From Octopus sinensis (lineage: Eukaryota): a stretch of 64,000 bases of DNA. The notes beneath the pieces are model-generated. The model was not told the origin of the DNA. It worked only from the letters and a program-made list of their open reading frames with translations, and made no database searches. Both the position numbers and the translations under genes were made by a program. The stretch spans positions 15,438,001 to 15,502,000 of the forward strand of contig NC_043004.1 of NCBI RefSeq assembly GCF_006345805.1. The letters run 5' to 3'. This document shows, in pieces, positions 13,071-26,250 of this stretch; position 1 is the stretch's first letter; the number at the start of each line of letters is the position of its first letter.

Positions 13071-13396
13071 TTATTTATATTATTTACATTCGACGGATAT
13101 GTGTCCTCATCTTGTTTGTTGGCATATGGCGAAGTGGTTAAGAGCGCGGGCTACTAACTCCAAGATTCCGAGTTCGATTCCATGCAGTGACCTGAACACC
13201 AACAACAACAACGATAATGATGATAATAATAATAATAATAATAATAACATCGAAGAATACCTTTGGAATGAGAACTCAGGTTCGAAATATCCCCCAATAC
13301 ACATGATGAAGGCTGGAGAGTATATCAGCCGAAACGTTGTGTTAACAACAAACAAGATGAGGACAAATATCCGTCGAATGTAAATAATGTAAATAA
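13071..13396 (+). mobile_element. Composite: 50-bp inverted termini, tRNA-like Pol III head, hammerhead motif
   Basis: 13071-13120 is the reverse complement of 13347-13396 (48/50). A-box TGGCGAAGTGG at 13127, B-box GTTCGATTCC at 13172, hammerhead motif at 13299-13342. Confidence 0.8.
13299..13342 (+). ncRNA. Type-I hammerhead ribozyme motif (C3>A in this copy)
   Basis: ACAC-ATGATGA-A-GGCTG-GAGAGTATAT-CAGCC-GAAAC-GTT-GTGT: 5-bp stem II, 4-bp stem I, palindromic stem III. Confidence 0.75.
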
Positions 13397-15737
13397 GAGT
13401 CTTTAATTGTATGCAAATTTTGAGGCCAGTGTTTTCTTTTACATTATTAACATTGCTAATCTAAGGATATTTTGTATTTCTGAGATTTCTATAAAGCTCG
13501 GAAATTATTTACTGAGATACGAGAGGAAATTTTTGGCAACATTTATATTTACGTTAGCATCATATGGGAGGGAGGATTTGCAATATAACATAGTTCTCAT
13601 TGTTGAAGGGATTGACATTGTTAGTTTGCGGTGTGTATCTGATATTACTCTGTAAGTGGTTGCGGTGGAGTGTCTCGTTGTAGTAAACAGCCGCAGAACT
13701 GAATGTGGCTTGCAGCGGATACACATACACTAGTTGGTCTACATGAATAACATAGGGATGAGCTTCTACTGCTTGAACAACTATTTTAAAGAAATACCAA
13801 CATAAGAAAAACGTAGAAATACCAGCTGGAACAGAGAGACCACATTACTTAAAGCTAAACACCTCCAAATTCACATTTCATATCCAATCCAGCAAAAGCC
13901 ATTCTTATGCATAGGACTCACAGAAAACACACTGTAAAGCCTCCTGTATTTACATAATCATCGATTATTCAATTTCAATCTGGAAAAGACAGCAGTACCC
14001 AAAGGCATTTGAAAATCAATGGCTTATTAAAAAGCACTGCCAATCATAGAAAATAATATCAACATAGAAAATGGATTCAAAGCTTATGATTTCTGTTTCA
14101 CGTCATTCACTGTCACGTCCCGATCTGAACTCGGCTGAACTCAACCCAACATTCCATCTCTTTTACCAACAAAACCAATCACAGGAACAACTCCATATGT
14201 AAAGTCTTGCTTGCTTCACGAAGATGAATGTAATTAAGTTTCAACCAGAACCACATGCAGATAGCTATAAAAAATGTACGAGTATCTTCGGTTATATGAA
14301 CAATCATTAGACCAACGGCCTGTCACTTTACTGTGCCAAAGAAATGACCATTGAAAATACTACCTATGCATTTAACTAATCGCAATTTTATGGATTCTTT
14401 AGAAATAAGGAAAATAAGTATATTTAGTGAGTTAGAATTTTAAAAGATTCTGCACATTTCTGACTCAGTTATGTTCGGGAACTTTGTGATTTTACTTGAC
14501 AAAGTAAATAAAATGTGTGCCTCCTCCATATGGCTGTAGGTGTGTCTGCGGACACGTGTGTTTGAGTGTTTGCGCGTGCGTGTGTGCGTATGGGTGTGTG
14601 TACCACGTGTGCGCATGCGTGCGTAGCAGTGTGTAAATGGCTGCCGTGTTCCCACAATATAGTGTGGGAGAAAGGTACTATTCCTATGGCCTGCAGATGC
14701 TGCTATTCAAGAATAAATGCAAGTGGACCGTTGCCTGAAAATGTAAATAAAGCTAAGAGAGGGTATTACGGTAGAATGATCATTAGGGGAATAAAATCAA
14801 GGCAGTACGATTGGTGTGGGAAAAAGAAAGAAATGAATGAATCCATAATTTATGGGAGAAGTTGGCCTGATAGCATCAAATTGCAAGGTGCGCAGTCTAA
14901 TCATGTAGAAGTCTAATCAAGTATCAGACACTTTGGCTGTTGGCTGGATGTGTTTGTGTTTTGGGGAGTAACTTCATGTCAATTCAAACAATGGCATTCA
15001 AGGGATAGGTTTAACGTCAAGAAACTTTAGCGTCTCTGTTCCAGGTATGGATGTAGTATGCTACTGAGGGTCTGAGAACTCCACTCTGCGTTCTGTGGGG
15101 TTACTGATTCACAGGTCTTAAGGATGCGGTATTTGCGATGCTTGATGTTATGGGATTGCTAAGGAAGAAAATATCCAGTAATAGTGAAGTATATGCTTTG
15201 TAGTTATTATGATGTATTATTATTTATTTATTTATTTAAACACACATACGTACACGCACGTATACACATACATATCTCCCTGGTCCGTCCATTAATATAG
15301 TGATTTTGTTGACTATTGTGTTGTTTTGATTCTAATTCCTAGCAATATCGGTGCCTGTTACTGCCCTTGTTCACTATAGTGACGTATATATTTCTGCCTT
15401 TAGGTTGTAAAATTGATAATTAGCCATCCATATTATTTATACACACACAAATATATAGATATATCGTGTACAAGAATAATATAGGGGTTAGCTTCAACTG
15501 ATTAAAGAACATGGCGAGTATTATAAGAACTATTTTAAAGAAATAGCAACATGCAGAAAACGTAGAAATATATACTGCAGTAGAGAGACCACATTACTTA
15601 ACGTGAAACATCTCCAAAGTCACATTTTATACCGTGTCCGACAAAAGCCAAAATGATGCATTATAAAGCCTCCTGTATATACACATATACATTTATATGC
15701 ACACATACACACAGACGCGCACACACACGTATATATA

Positions 15738-16953
15738 CAGGGTGCATAAATTATTTGAGGACATAACACTTTTGGGTCCTTGCTGCATACTTTTAAACTC
15801 TGTAGAATCTTTGTTGTAGAAAATAATAATGGCAGACCCCCAGCTTACTCAAGAAATGAACAGGCGTGGTGTTATTGTGGTTATAGAGGCTGAGCATAGC
15901 GATTTAGAAATATCACGATTTTGAAACGTTGCCAGATCTTTCGTCTAAAAAGTCCGTAAGGAGCTAGAGACTGAAGATGGAATCATATCACCAGTATTAA
16001 AGCATAAACACGCATTCTAAGCGCTCTGAAATCATCAGAACTTTTGAATCTATCCATTGATTACTATCCCAGAAATTCCATGAGGTCAATTGCAAAAGAT
16101 CTCTATGTGTCAAAAGGAACAGTCAGAAATGTTGCCCACGAAGATATCAAATATAAGTCTTATATGATGAGGAATACAAGAAAAAGCAAAAGAAAATCCC
16201 TACATCAGATCTAAAAAGCTTTTAAACAAACTGAAAAGTCCAGCAGAAGAATATTGGATTTGGTTTTTCTCAACCAAGAAACACTTAGACCAAGATCAAA
16301 AAGTTATCAGAGGAAATGAAAGTTGGTTATGTGCAGACCCTTCTGAAGTTCCAACTTCAAGTTTTGTAACTTCACCTGACCTACATAGTTTTAGGGGTGG
16401 TCAGCAATGAAGGCCATGTGATGCCTACTCACCTCTTTCCCCAAGGCCTTAGAGGTAACTCTGACGCTTACATTGAGGTCCTGGAAATAATTGATAAGCT
16501 CTAGATAGGCAGTGTATGCAATGGAAGGTCATATGTGTTTTACTAGGACTCTGCACTATCACACGTGGCTCTAGTGGCACATGAATTGATGGCTGAAAGT
16601 TTTCATAACCGTATAACCCCTAAAATTTGGCCTCCTAATTCTCCAGATCTCAATCTATTGGACTATTACATGTAGAGCGGTGTTGAGAGAGAGGTCAGTG
16701 AACAGGCCCCTAACACCGAAGATTCTTTAAAAGTTGCCATAGTCAGAGTACTGTCCAAAATGAACCAGGATCACTTGATTCGCGCATGTAGATGATTTAG
16801 CTCTCATAGAGAAGCAGTCGTTGGAGCTGAAGCTGGCTTCATTCCATAATATTATGAAAAATATTATAGAAAAGAAGGTTTCTTTTTATCCTCATGACAT
16901 TTTTTGAAAAATAAAGTTATCTGCTGTTATATAACTGTTTGTTATGCACGCTG
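15738..16953 (+). mobile_element. Decayed Tc1/mariner DD37D (maT/Bmmar1-like) DNA transposon
   Basis: TA|CAGGGTGCATAA at the left end and TTATGCACGCTG at the right end. Remnants WFFS, *DSALSH and WPPNSPDLNLLDY, with 37 residues between the second and third D. Multiple stops. Confidence 0.85.
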
Positions 16954-17568
16954 TTTATGTTATATGCATACAACAGCCTTGACTTGTCATTTTGGTAAAG
17001 GTAAATACGTCATTAGAATTGCCAGGCATCTTACATGTTGATTTAGCAAATATGTAGGTCAGATGAAGTTACAAAATAAATATTGTGGTTAAACTGAAGA
17101 AGGATGGACTACTTTGCTACATAGTACACACACACACACATATATATATCAATGTATATTTTAGTGATTCACCTTTAAACTTAATACTAATAAAAACTAA
17201 AATTCTAATAAAAATTAATTAACGACTAAGATGTTTATCATAACTACTAAAATGAGAAATAAAAGCGAATCAGCGTCAGTAAACGACTCGTACAATTTAT
17301 CTATTACTTTATCAATTACTCTACACATTATCTATTAACTATCTTTTATATTGTATTGGTTTCTCTCTTTAGATGGATACAAATTGGATTGATGCATACA
17401 AGAAATTTTGCAGTGATTATATAAATCCCAGCTATAAGTTCTTTCTACTCCACTTTCGATAATCTAAAGGTTAAGCTGCACTAGGTAATAAGAAGTAATT
17501 ATACACTAAATGGTCTCGCCATGAACATAAGAAGACACATTCAAATACGACAACGTTTTATATCAGTT

Positions 17569-17574
17569 AATCTG

Positions 17575-17656
<82 letters not shown>

Positions 17657-17657
17657 A
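17569..17657. repeat. (TATC)n microsatellite
   Basis: Direct inspection. Confidence 0.95.
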
Positions 17658-19402
17658 ATTTGGGTAGCTATCTACACACACAACACGCACATAAACATAA
17701 GTATGTATGCGTGTATGTATACATATGTGTGTATGTGTTTGTATGTACACATACGTACAAGCATATACGCATGTATACACACAAATGCGAAAACATTTCG
17801 CACCCGTTTCCTATTCTGTGTATCAATAACAAAACATTGGTAGCTAGTTCTTCACCAACATACACTGCTTTTACACTCCCCCCCCACACACACACAAACA
17901 CGCCTACGCACACACCCACATACACATACACACAGAGAAACACACACATGCGTGTGCGCGGGGAGAGTGAAATGAGTGAAGTGAAGTGTGTGTGTGTGTG
18001 TGTGTGTCGATTAGGTTAACATCATGAGCGAGTAATACGACTGACATCAACGTAAATTTAACGGAGTTCAGTCATATAATATTTCAGAGAACACTCTAGA
18101 GTCGAGCAGTTCTCAATAAATAAATACATTTGAACTTAGTTCGTGCTAATAACACCAGCTAATAACAAAGTTTAGGTAATATATATTGAATATAACGCTA
18201 CGTCCAAAAGGAAGTAAATTACACGATAATCAAATATTTTATGATATCATACAGAAACAGTTTCGGTAAATAAACCATTGGCAAATGTAAGTTTGGTAAT
18301 ATACTATAAAATCAATGAAGCCATTTAATGATATTATACACGATATTTACTTTTGACGATCCTCCAGTAAATGATGTATAAACTTGAATTTAAAGTACGC
18401 TTCTCATATCATTGTGTAAACTCAATAGCTATCATTGATTTGCGCAACAGATCATATAAGATAAATGCACACACACACACACACAAGCTCTGAATATGCA
18501 CACAAACACAAGCACGCACACACAGAGTCATACACGATATCACTTGCATAATGATTACCTGTCTTACTTGACACAGCACAGCATAATGTCTGCTTATACT
18601 GCACCAACGGGGACTGCGATAGGACTTACTCATTTTCGACCTGGTTATTCATTAATGTCGTTTAGTGTTTGACAGCAATCCTTTTTGGCGACAGGCGATT
18701 TGGCGCTAGATGCAATCACACACAAAGTCAGAAAATGATGGAGGCATTGAAATGTTACTCATAATGCATAACTCATACACAGAAGCGCAGAATGAACGAG
18801 AGTGTGGCACCGGAGACAATGACCAGGAGATAAATGTGAAAGAAAAAGAAAAAACTTCTAAATATATTCAAGATGAATCTATTTTAATCTAACACAGAAG
18901 AGAAAGCAAATTTTACTTTATTAACGATAAATCTCCCTTATTAATCATGATGTAAACTTCATATATTTACTACTTCATTACCATTTTGTATTCAATTTAA
19001 TTTTTATCTTCACCATTTTCTATGTGGGTGTCTTTACTATTAGTAAGATGAGCAAAGGAGTCTGTCATTCGGATGAAATTTGAAAAATACATTTGAAAGA
19101 CTTTTTCTCTCTCATATTCTCTCATGAATATGTGCTATTCATGATGAATAACATCTTAATACCACTCCATTATTGATTAAGTATGCTTATATCTACTACC
19201 AACTCATCTGTCTCAAAAAGCTTACAGGCAGAAATATTTGGAACCAAACGGCTGCCCGAAATGGACCTGACAGATGGCCAGCACAAAAATGACTAGGCCC
19301 TGTCATAGCCCTTTTGACTCGGTATAAGTAGAAACTGTGGTATGTTAATCAGAAAGAAGGTCGTTATGCAAGCAGTATTTCATATATATATAAATATTGC
19401 AC

Positions 19403-19680
19403 AGGCGCAGGAGTGTCTGTGTGGTGAGAAGCTTGCTTCCAAACCACATGATTCCGGATTCAGTCCCAGTACCGGGCACCTTGAGCAAGTGTCTTGTACT
19501 ATAGCCTCGGGCCGACGAAAGCTTTGTCAGTGGATTTGGCAGACGGAAACTGAAAGAAGGCTGTCGTATAGAATAGATACTAGGCTTACAAAGAATAAGT
19601 CCTGGGATCGATTTGTTTGACTAAAGGTAGTGCTCCAGTATGGCCACAGTCACATGACTGAAACAAGTACAAGAACAAAA
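19403..19680 (+). mobile_element. CORE-type SINE (family II), internally deleted
   Basis: Head AGGCGCAGGAGTGTCTGTGTGGTGAGAAGCTT joined directly to tail GAATAAGTCCTGGGATCGATT...ATGACTGAAACAAG. Confidence 0.85.
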
Positions 19681-22259
19681 GAAAATACACACACACGCAC
19701 ATACATACATACATACATATACACATATGTATGTAGATATACCTACAATACACACATACACACATAGACATAGACGTCTTTTTGTGTGTACTTTACACGG
19801 CTTATTTTGCATCCCTGTTTATGATATTTATATTGTCCCTCGTCTAAAGTACCTATTTGGGGTTACTAATAATACGCGAAGTGCGCTTCATTCCCTCTCA
19901 GATATTTAAAATTCATGCATAATGTGCCTGATGAGAGTCTCAAAGAAAATTTCATTTAAAATATCATTAGCTGACTTTAATGATCTTACAGAATATTACC
20001 AATAAACATTTGCCTATACTGTATTTACCAAAACATCTTCCGTTATATCATAGATTTTTGTATTATCATGTAAATTACTTGCTTTCGACTGTAATGATGT
20101 ATTGATATTAATTACCTGAAGAGTATAATTAGCTAGTGCTATTAGCACGAACTAAATTTATATCTGTTTATCTACTGAGAACTGCTTGACTCTAGAGTGT
20201 TCTGTGTAATATTATATGACTGAAATTTAAAACTTAAAATTACACTGGACTCAATACATTCAATCGCCCACGAATATATAACTGGCATACACATACACTA
20301 ATACTGAATATATATATATGTGCGTATGGTTGTGTGTGCATAAGTATAGTGATAGGGTGGGGTCTGCTGAAATTAAGAGGATGATTGAAAATATATACAT
20401 TTTTCGTATTCATAGTGTGCCCATTTAGAATGGAGTTACAGTTCTTTGTACCCAGTGCAACTTTAATTTTAAACGACTGTAACAGAAAAAATATATATAT
20501 ATCATAAAACAGCATGAAACGAGAGAAAAAATCTCTGAATGAACTAAGTTCGATATGATTTCCTAAAGTCTATTGAATTCAGAAATCAATTTTGGGTGCA
20601 TCTTATAAATGAAATCAATCAAAACTAAATTGAAAGAGGACATGTCTCGCATGGCAACGTGGTTAAATATTTCGCAACGTAATTATGTGGCTGCGACATC
20701 GATGCCAATCTTTGGTACCACGAGGAGGAGGAGGAGGAGTCTTCTAAATTATATTTGGGTCGATCAATTCCTAAGAATGGAATTTAAAAGGAGACTGGAT
20801 GTGCAGATATATGCATGTGTATGTGGACATTAAGTTTGCGTATGTGGCTTTGTGTTCATGTTTGATTTAATGTTTGCACCGGTCAACAGATGGCGTTGTT
20901 TCGTGTTCGATCTTTCTGACAGGTAACATAGCCGTTTGATAAATAGTTGTCGATAAAAATATCAACAACACCTGAATAATGGAGTTGATCCAAACGATTG
21001 AATAAAAAATTGAAACATAGCATGTATGTATGTGAATAACTGGTGACAGACATATTACATATATGCAATCCCATACACACACACACACAAGCATACACAC
21101 ACAAACATACATACACAAACATACATGCACGTACGTATGTGGGGTGAGTGTATATATGTAGATGTACGTACTTCTTAAATGATACTTTCATCATTTATTT
21201 ATATAATTATTTGAAGATAGCAAAAACAAGTAACTGTGCGCATTTATATTTTTTTTAATTTCTCAGGAATAATTATCAGCAAGCAAATGCTGTCACAGTA
21301 AAATGCACATGATGAGGAAATATTTTTAAAAAATGAAAATTTCCGAATTTGAAAGTTTACTTATTTAATCCAGCATGAAAAAGAGTTTGGATAATTGGTA
21401 ACTAATATCAAACAAAAGCTATTTATAATATTAAAAATTTGGAAAGGGAGGAGAAAAATTAATAAAACACTTACTTTCCTTGACAGTGAAATATATTTCG
21501 ATTGAAAAGTATTCATAAATATTCACTGACAAATTAGATTATTTGGAAATTGTCAACCTGACGTATTTATTGAAAACTTTAACTGTATAGTCAATTGGAG
21601 TGTGAGGCGAATACGTTATTGATAATAGCTGAATATATATTATTAAATTTTCTCATTTTTCCCCCATGAATGCCTTTTTAATATTCTCAGAGCTAGATTA
21701 TATATTATATTTAAAATTAATAGAAAAGGAGAATATGAATGCATTGAAAAAGTATTATAACTCAAGAACTCTGAAAATAAATTTTTTGAATTGATTTGTT
21801 CTCTTTTCCTACAGACCTAGAAATGCATAATATAATATACTTACCCGAAAGAAATAATCTATATCAATGCAAGTCAAAGTTATACAGATGTTACATTGAC
21901 GTAAAGGAATTTTTTCCGAGACAACAGATTACATAATTCAAATAAGATCTGCATGCGAATTCGAAATGTGTTACAAGAACTTATTCAATGCGATATACCA
22001 TATTCTAAGAAATAACATATTGTTTCTTTATGATAATGTAAACCATCAAGTTTGCAGCTCAAAATTACAATATTTTTATTCAAAAAAGAAGACGAATTCG
22101 GAATCCAAACTATATGTACGCATTAAGTAACTCTTCTCCGCAGAAAGAACGGGTAAATTTGCCCACAAACCGCGTACATTATTTAAAAAGAAATGGCACC
22201 TTCATTAATGCAGCAACCTTTAACACAACTCAATAAAATAATGGTTTCAAATTTTTGCC

Positions 22260-22650
22260 ACCAGGGTAGCAATTTTATGGGAGGGGATGAATCAATTGCA
22301 TCAACCCCAGTATTCAGCTGGCATTTATTTCATCGACCCCGAAAGAATGAAGCGTATAGTCAATCACGGCAGAATTTGAACTCAGATCGTAGTGACGGGC
22401 GAAATACCTATTTCTCTACTACCCACAAGGGGCTAAACACAGAGAGGACAAACAAGGACAGACAAATGGATTAAGTCGATTATATCGACCCCAGTCTGTA
22501 ACTGGTACTTATTTAATCGACCCCGAAAGGATGAAAGGCAAAGTCGACCTCGGCGGAATTTGAACTCACAACGTAACGGCAGACGAAATACCGCCTAGCA
22601 CTTTTCCCGGCGTGCTAACGATTCTGCCGGCTCTCTGCCTTATTTCGTAA
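22260..22650 (-). mobile_element. SINE family I, dimeric body
   Basis: Same head, body and GAAATACCTATTTC junction as 176-620. Confidence 0.85.
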
Positions 22651-23262
22651 TAAATTAATAGATGCTTACAGCTACCACAGCTGTAGCTATAATTATTTAG
22701 GATAAAAACTGATATAGATAACAAGAACAAACATTTTAGGTTTGTTGAGAGTTCACTTTTTAGGTGTGAATTTGTAATTGATAATGTATTCTTAAAGTTT
22801 TTTATTGAATTTAGTTCCACTTCTTCCCACGCTGAAAACATTTTACTGTTAACTTCGAACTGAAATTTAATAGTGCAATATTTTCTCTTCTTAAGGATAT
22901 TTATTTCGATAGTGTCACTCTTGTTGCAATAGCAAGGATATATATTTCATAGAAGCTGAAAAGCGAAGTAATCAATATATCAGACTGGCTTACGGCAAAT
23001 ACATTAGTCTTAAACTCTTAAAATCGACTATTGCCTACTTACTATAACAATTCATTCTTCCAAGTATATCAATAGCTAACAACTCGATGAACATATACAC
23101 ACAGACAGACGTGTACAACCCCTCCACACACACACAAACACACACATGTATAGTACAAAAGAATAGTTGATAATAATGAATCCCATATTTTCCTGGCTAT
23201 GCGGAGGTAGCTGGCTCTGTTAATATCATATAATACGCAAAGGCAATGAGCTAGCAGAACCG

Positions 23263-23430
23263 ATACCACGCCGGATAAAATGCCTAGATGTTCTGAGTTC
23301 AAATGCCACCGAGTTTGATTTTGCTTTTCAGTCTTACGGGCTCGACAAAATAAGTACGAGCTAAACACTGGGGTCGATGGAATCAATTTACCCCGCCCCC
23401 AAAACGGCTGGCCTTGTGCCAAAATTTGGA
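23263..23430 (+). mobile_element. SINE family I, diverged
   Basis: GGCAATGAGCTAGCAGAACCG...GAGTTCAAATGCC...GCTTTTCAGTCTTACGGGCTCGACAAAATAAGTAC. Confidence 0.75.
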
Positions 23431-25084
23431 ATCAATACCACGTTGTATGTTATTACGTTGCACTAAACTTTGAAACCGATCTTAATATATTCATATAATA
23501 TAGCCAAACGTCTCAGACGCTCTATTTCTGTGTAGTTTGGAAACATTATTTCATAAAAATGACTAATCTTCTGTATTTATTGTGTAATTGTACATAATTA
23601 CGATATAAAATATAATTAAATCAACTTTAAATTGCACTGAATACTCTAGAGAATTCGTGCTACGACCTCTTGCAAATATTTTATAGACGTCTTATTGGGC
23701 CACTATTGACGCAATGTTATATTATATGCCTTATGGATTTGTCAATCCTATTTCATATCTGTAATTTTATAGCTATTTAATTACCAACATTCTTGATTAC
23801 CAAATGTCACGTTGAGCATAGTTACACCGTACTATATAATTAGACACATTGAAATGTTTTAACTCACTTGTCTGTTTCTTAAACAAGTTCGGAAACAAAG
23901 TTTTTTACAATATATAGCATGGGTTAGACACAAATTTCATTATGTGCAGTAAATTAATTATTAAAAATACATTAAGATTCAATATTCTAAATAAATACTC
24001 TAAACAAGCCAAGTTAAATTTTATGGTAATGGATGTTAGGAGCCTAAAATATAATAATAACATATTTTTTCTTGAGAATTTGATTAAAACATGTAAAATT
24101 ACAACTAAGCTGATGTGATCAAATTTTAACTGGAATCTTGAAGTCAAATTTAGCTACCGCACATCCTTTGCTCCACATTTTAATTTGATTTTCAAATATT
24201 TTTACTGATATTGTGTTTATTCACTAACAGAAATAGCATTTCGTTCATCTTTTATATTATTTTAAGTAACATTTTATTGCCTTTTATGTCATTTTTAATT
24301 GTTTTAACAAGTAATGAACATTTCCGTTTAATTTTTGCTATTTTCAAATCCTTGATTTTTACATGTACAAGTGCTTAATTATCTTATGTTTATCTTTTTT
24401 ATCTATGTATTTTCTTCTTATACAATATGGATATATTTATATAAAATTTTATTATTTTGTAAATTTTTCCCTCTTCTGTTGTTCATTTTTCTGTAGTTAT
24501 TCACTACGTTCTATTGTTTCTTTGGAAAATACTGTTTAGGAAAGTAAAAGTTACGATGCCTCGGGCTCAATCATCTACATTCCTTGGAGGAAGAGAACAT
24601 TATGAATGGTAATGTATGAGACACTCAGAAGGAAGTGGAGACGATTCTGCAAGAATGGCTGAGAGCAAAATGGAAAAGAATATATATGTTTTCAATTCCA
24701 TGGTTATGAAGTTGGAATTTGGCTTCGGGTTGAATTTGAACTTAGAAGGCAAGGAGCCGAGTAAAAAATATAAAAATAACGAATTTTTCTGACATACTAA
24801 AGTTATACCAATGTTTTCTGCAAACCATTCAGGTGTAGACGGTATATTTTATCTCAATATAATGTTAGTTTTGAGGTAAAGACAAGCGAAACTAACCAAA
24901 GGTTTTGTTGGCAGTTATTTATAAACTGTAGTTAGTTGACAATTAATATATTTCCGTAAACCCTTTTCTTTACTAACCACAAAGGTCAAACATAGAGTGA
25001 ACTATACAAGTACAGACAAGGGGTTGGGGACAAATGGAACATATATTCGATGACAAATAAGTATAAAATTCGGATGAAAAAAAT

Positions 25085-25880
25085 GAATGAAAAAACAATT
25101 ATGAAGTGAGGCACGTGGCCTCACATTCCAACACTGAATCCTTTGGTAGACTCTTTGATTTCTCGCTCAAACAGGTTTATTTACCCTCAACACTATTGCT
25201 ACAGTCGTCCTTCTTTTCCGAAATATTCCATGCGACAGGAATCTCCTCTCCATCCTTATTTTCCTTTTCATATGGAATCGAAAAACGTTCACCAAACCAA
25301 GGATAGAGGTGGAACTGCCTGTCATAATCACTTTCACTCTCATCTACCACACTACCTCCTTCGTGATAGCTACTACGTAGAGGAAACAAGATTGCTCTCC
25401 CCTGTTTGCGAAGACGGCGAAACAATTTTAGTTATAAAATCAGTTGACAGTTGTACTCTTCTCAGATGTGACAACAGTTGTTCGACATAAACGCAAAGTT
25501 ACCGTATCTTTGGACATTGCACAGTTGCGTGAAGGACACTTTCAGTGTCCTCACCGCATCTTGAATAACTTGGTGTGGTTGAAGAACCATGTCTAACGAG
25601 TTTGTCCCGAACAGGTAAGGCACGTCTATAGCATTACCATACCATGGACTTTTGGAAATTGTCCAAAGGCCCTGGCCCGAATGTTCTTCGGTACAGGTTG
25701 GCGAGGTGACTGATATTGAAGCCCAAGTTTTCTCCCAGGGCGTCGTCACATTTAAACTCTACTAACCCTCTGTAAAAGGACAAGGTGTAAACCCCGCTGC
25801 CAGTGTTGCCAGCTTGGGAGAGAAGCACAGTTGCCTAACGACACTTATACTTCCGTAAACCGGCATGACTATGATTCTCA
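25085..25880 (-). mobile_element. Decayed L1/Tx1 LINE 3' end (zinc-knuckle region and 3' UTR)
   Basis: Minus strand FYRGLVEF...FGPGPLDNFQKSMVW then ALPVRDKLVRHG..PSYSRCGEDTESVLHATVQCP (degenerate CCHC knuckle). Confidence 0.75.
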
Positions 25881-26105
25881 CCACACCGATTATACGGTAA
25901 ATTCCGTTTCATGTACATTTATTATCACACAATTTTCGTCCTCGCTTCATATAAAACGCCGTCTGAACATTGCAATTTTGCAGGGGAGATACTGATAGGA
26001 ATGTTGTTAAGAATATAATCACAGTACCATGATATATAATCTGTCTATCTATCTACATACCTATCTTTGTTTCTCGCTTTCTCCATATTATATATATATA
26101 TATAT

Positions 26106-26174
<69 letters not shown>

Positions 26175-26250
26175 TCCATTCTACTCTAGGCACAAACCAG
26201 AAATTTTGGAGGATGGGACCTTCGATTCGATCAACCCCAGTACGCAACTA

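Noticed and set aside
13121-13192. Possible genuine tRNA gene
   Set aside because: The acceptor stem does not pair and it sits inside a repeat; treated as a SINE head.
19925-19952. CTGATGA-GAGTCTC-AAAGAAA
   Set aside because: Wrong spacing to GAAA and no stem I or III.
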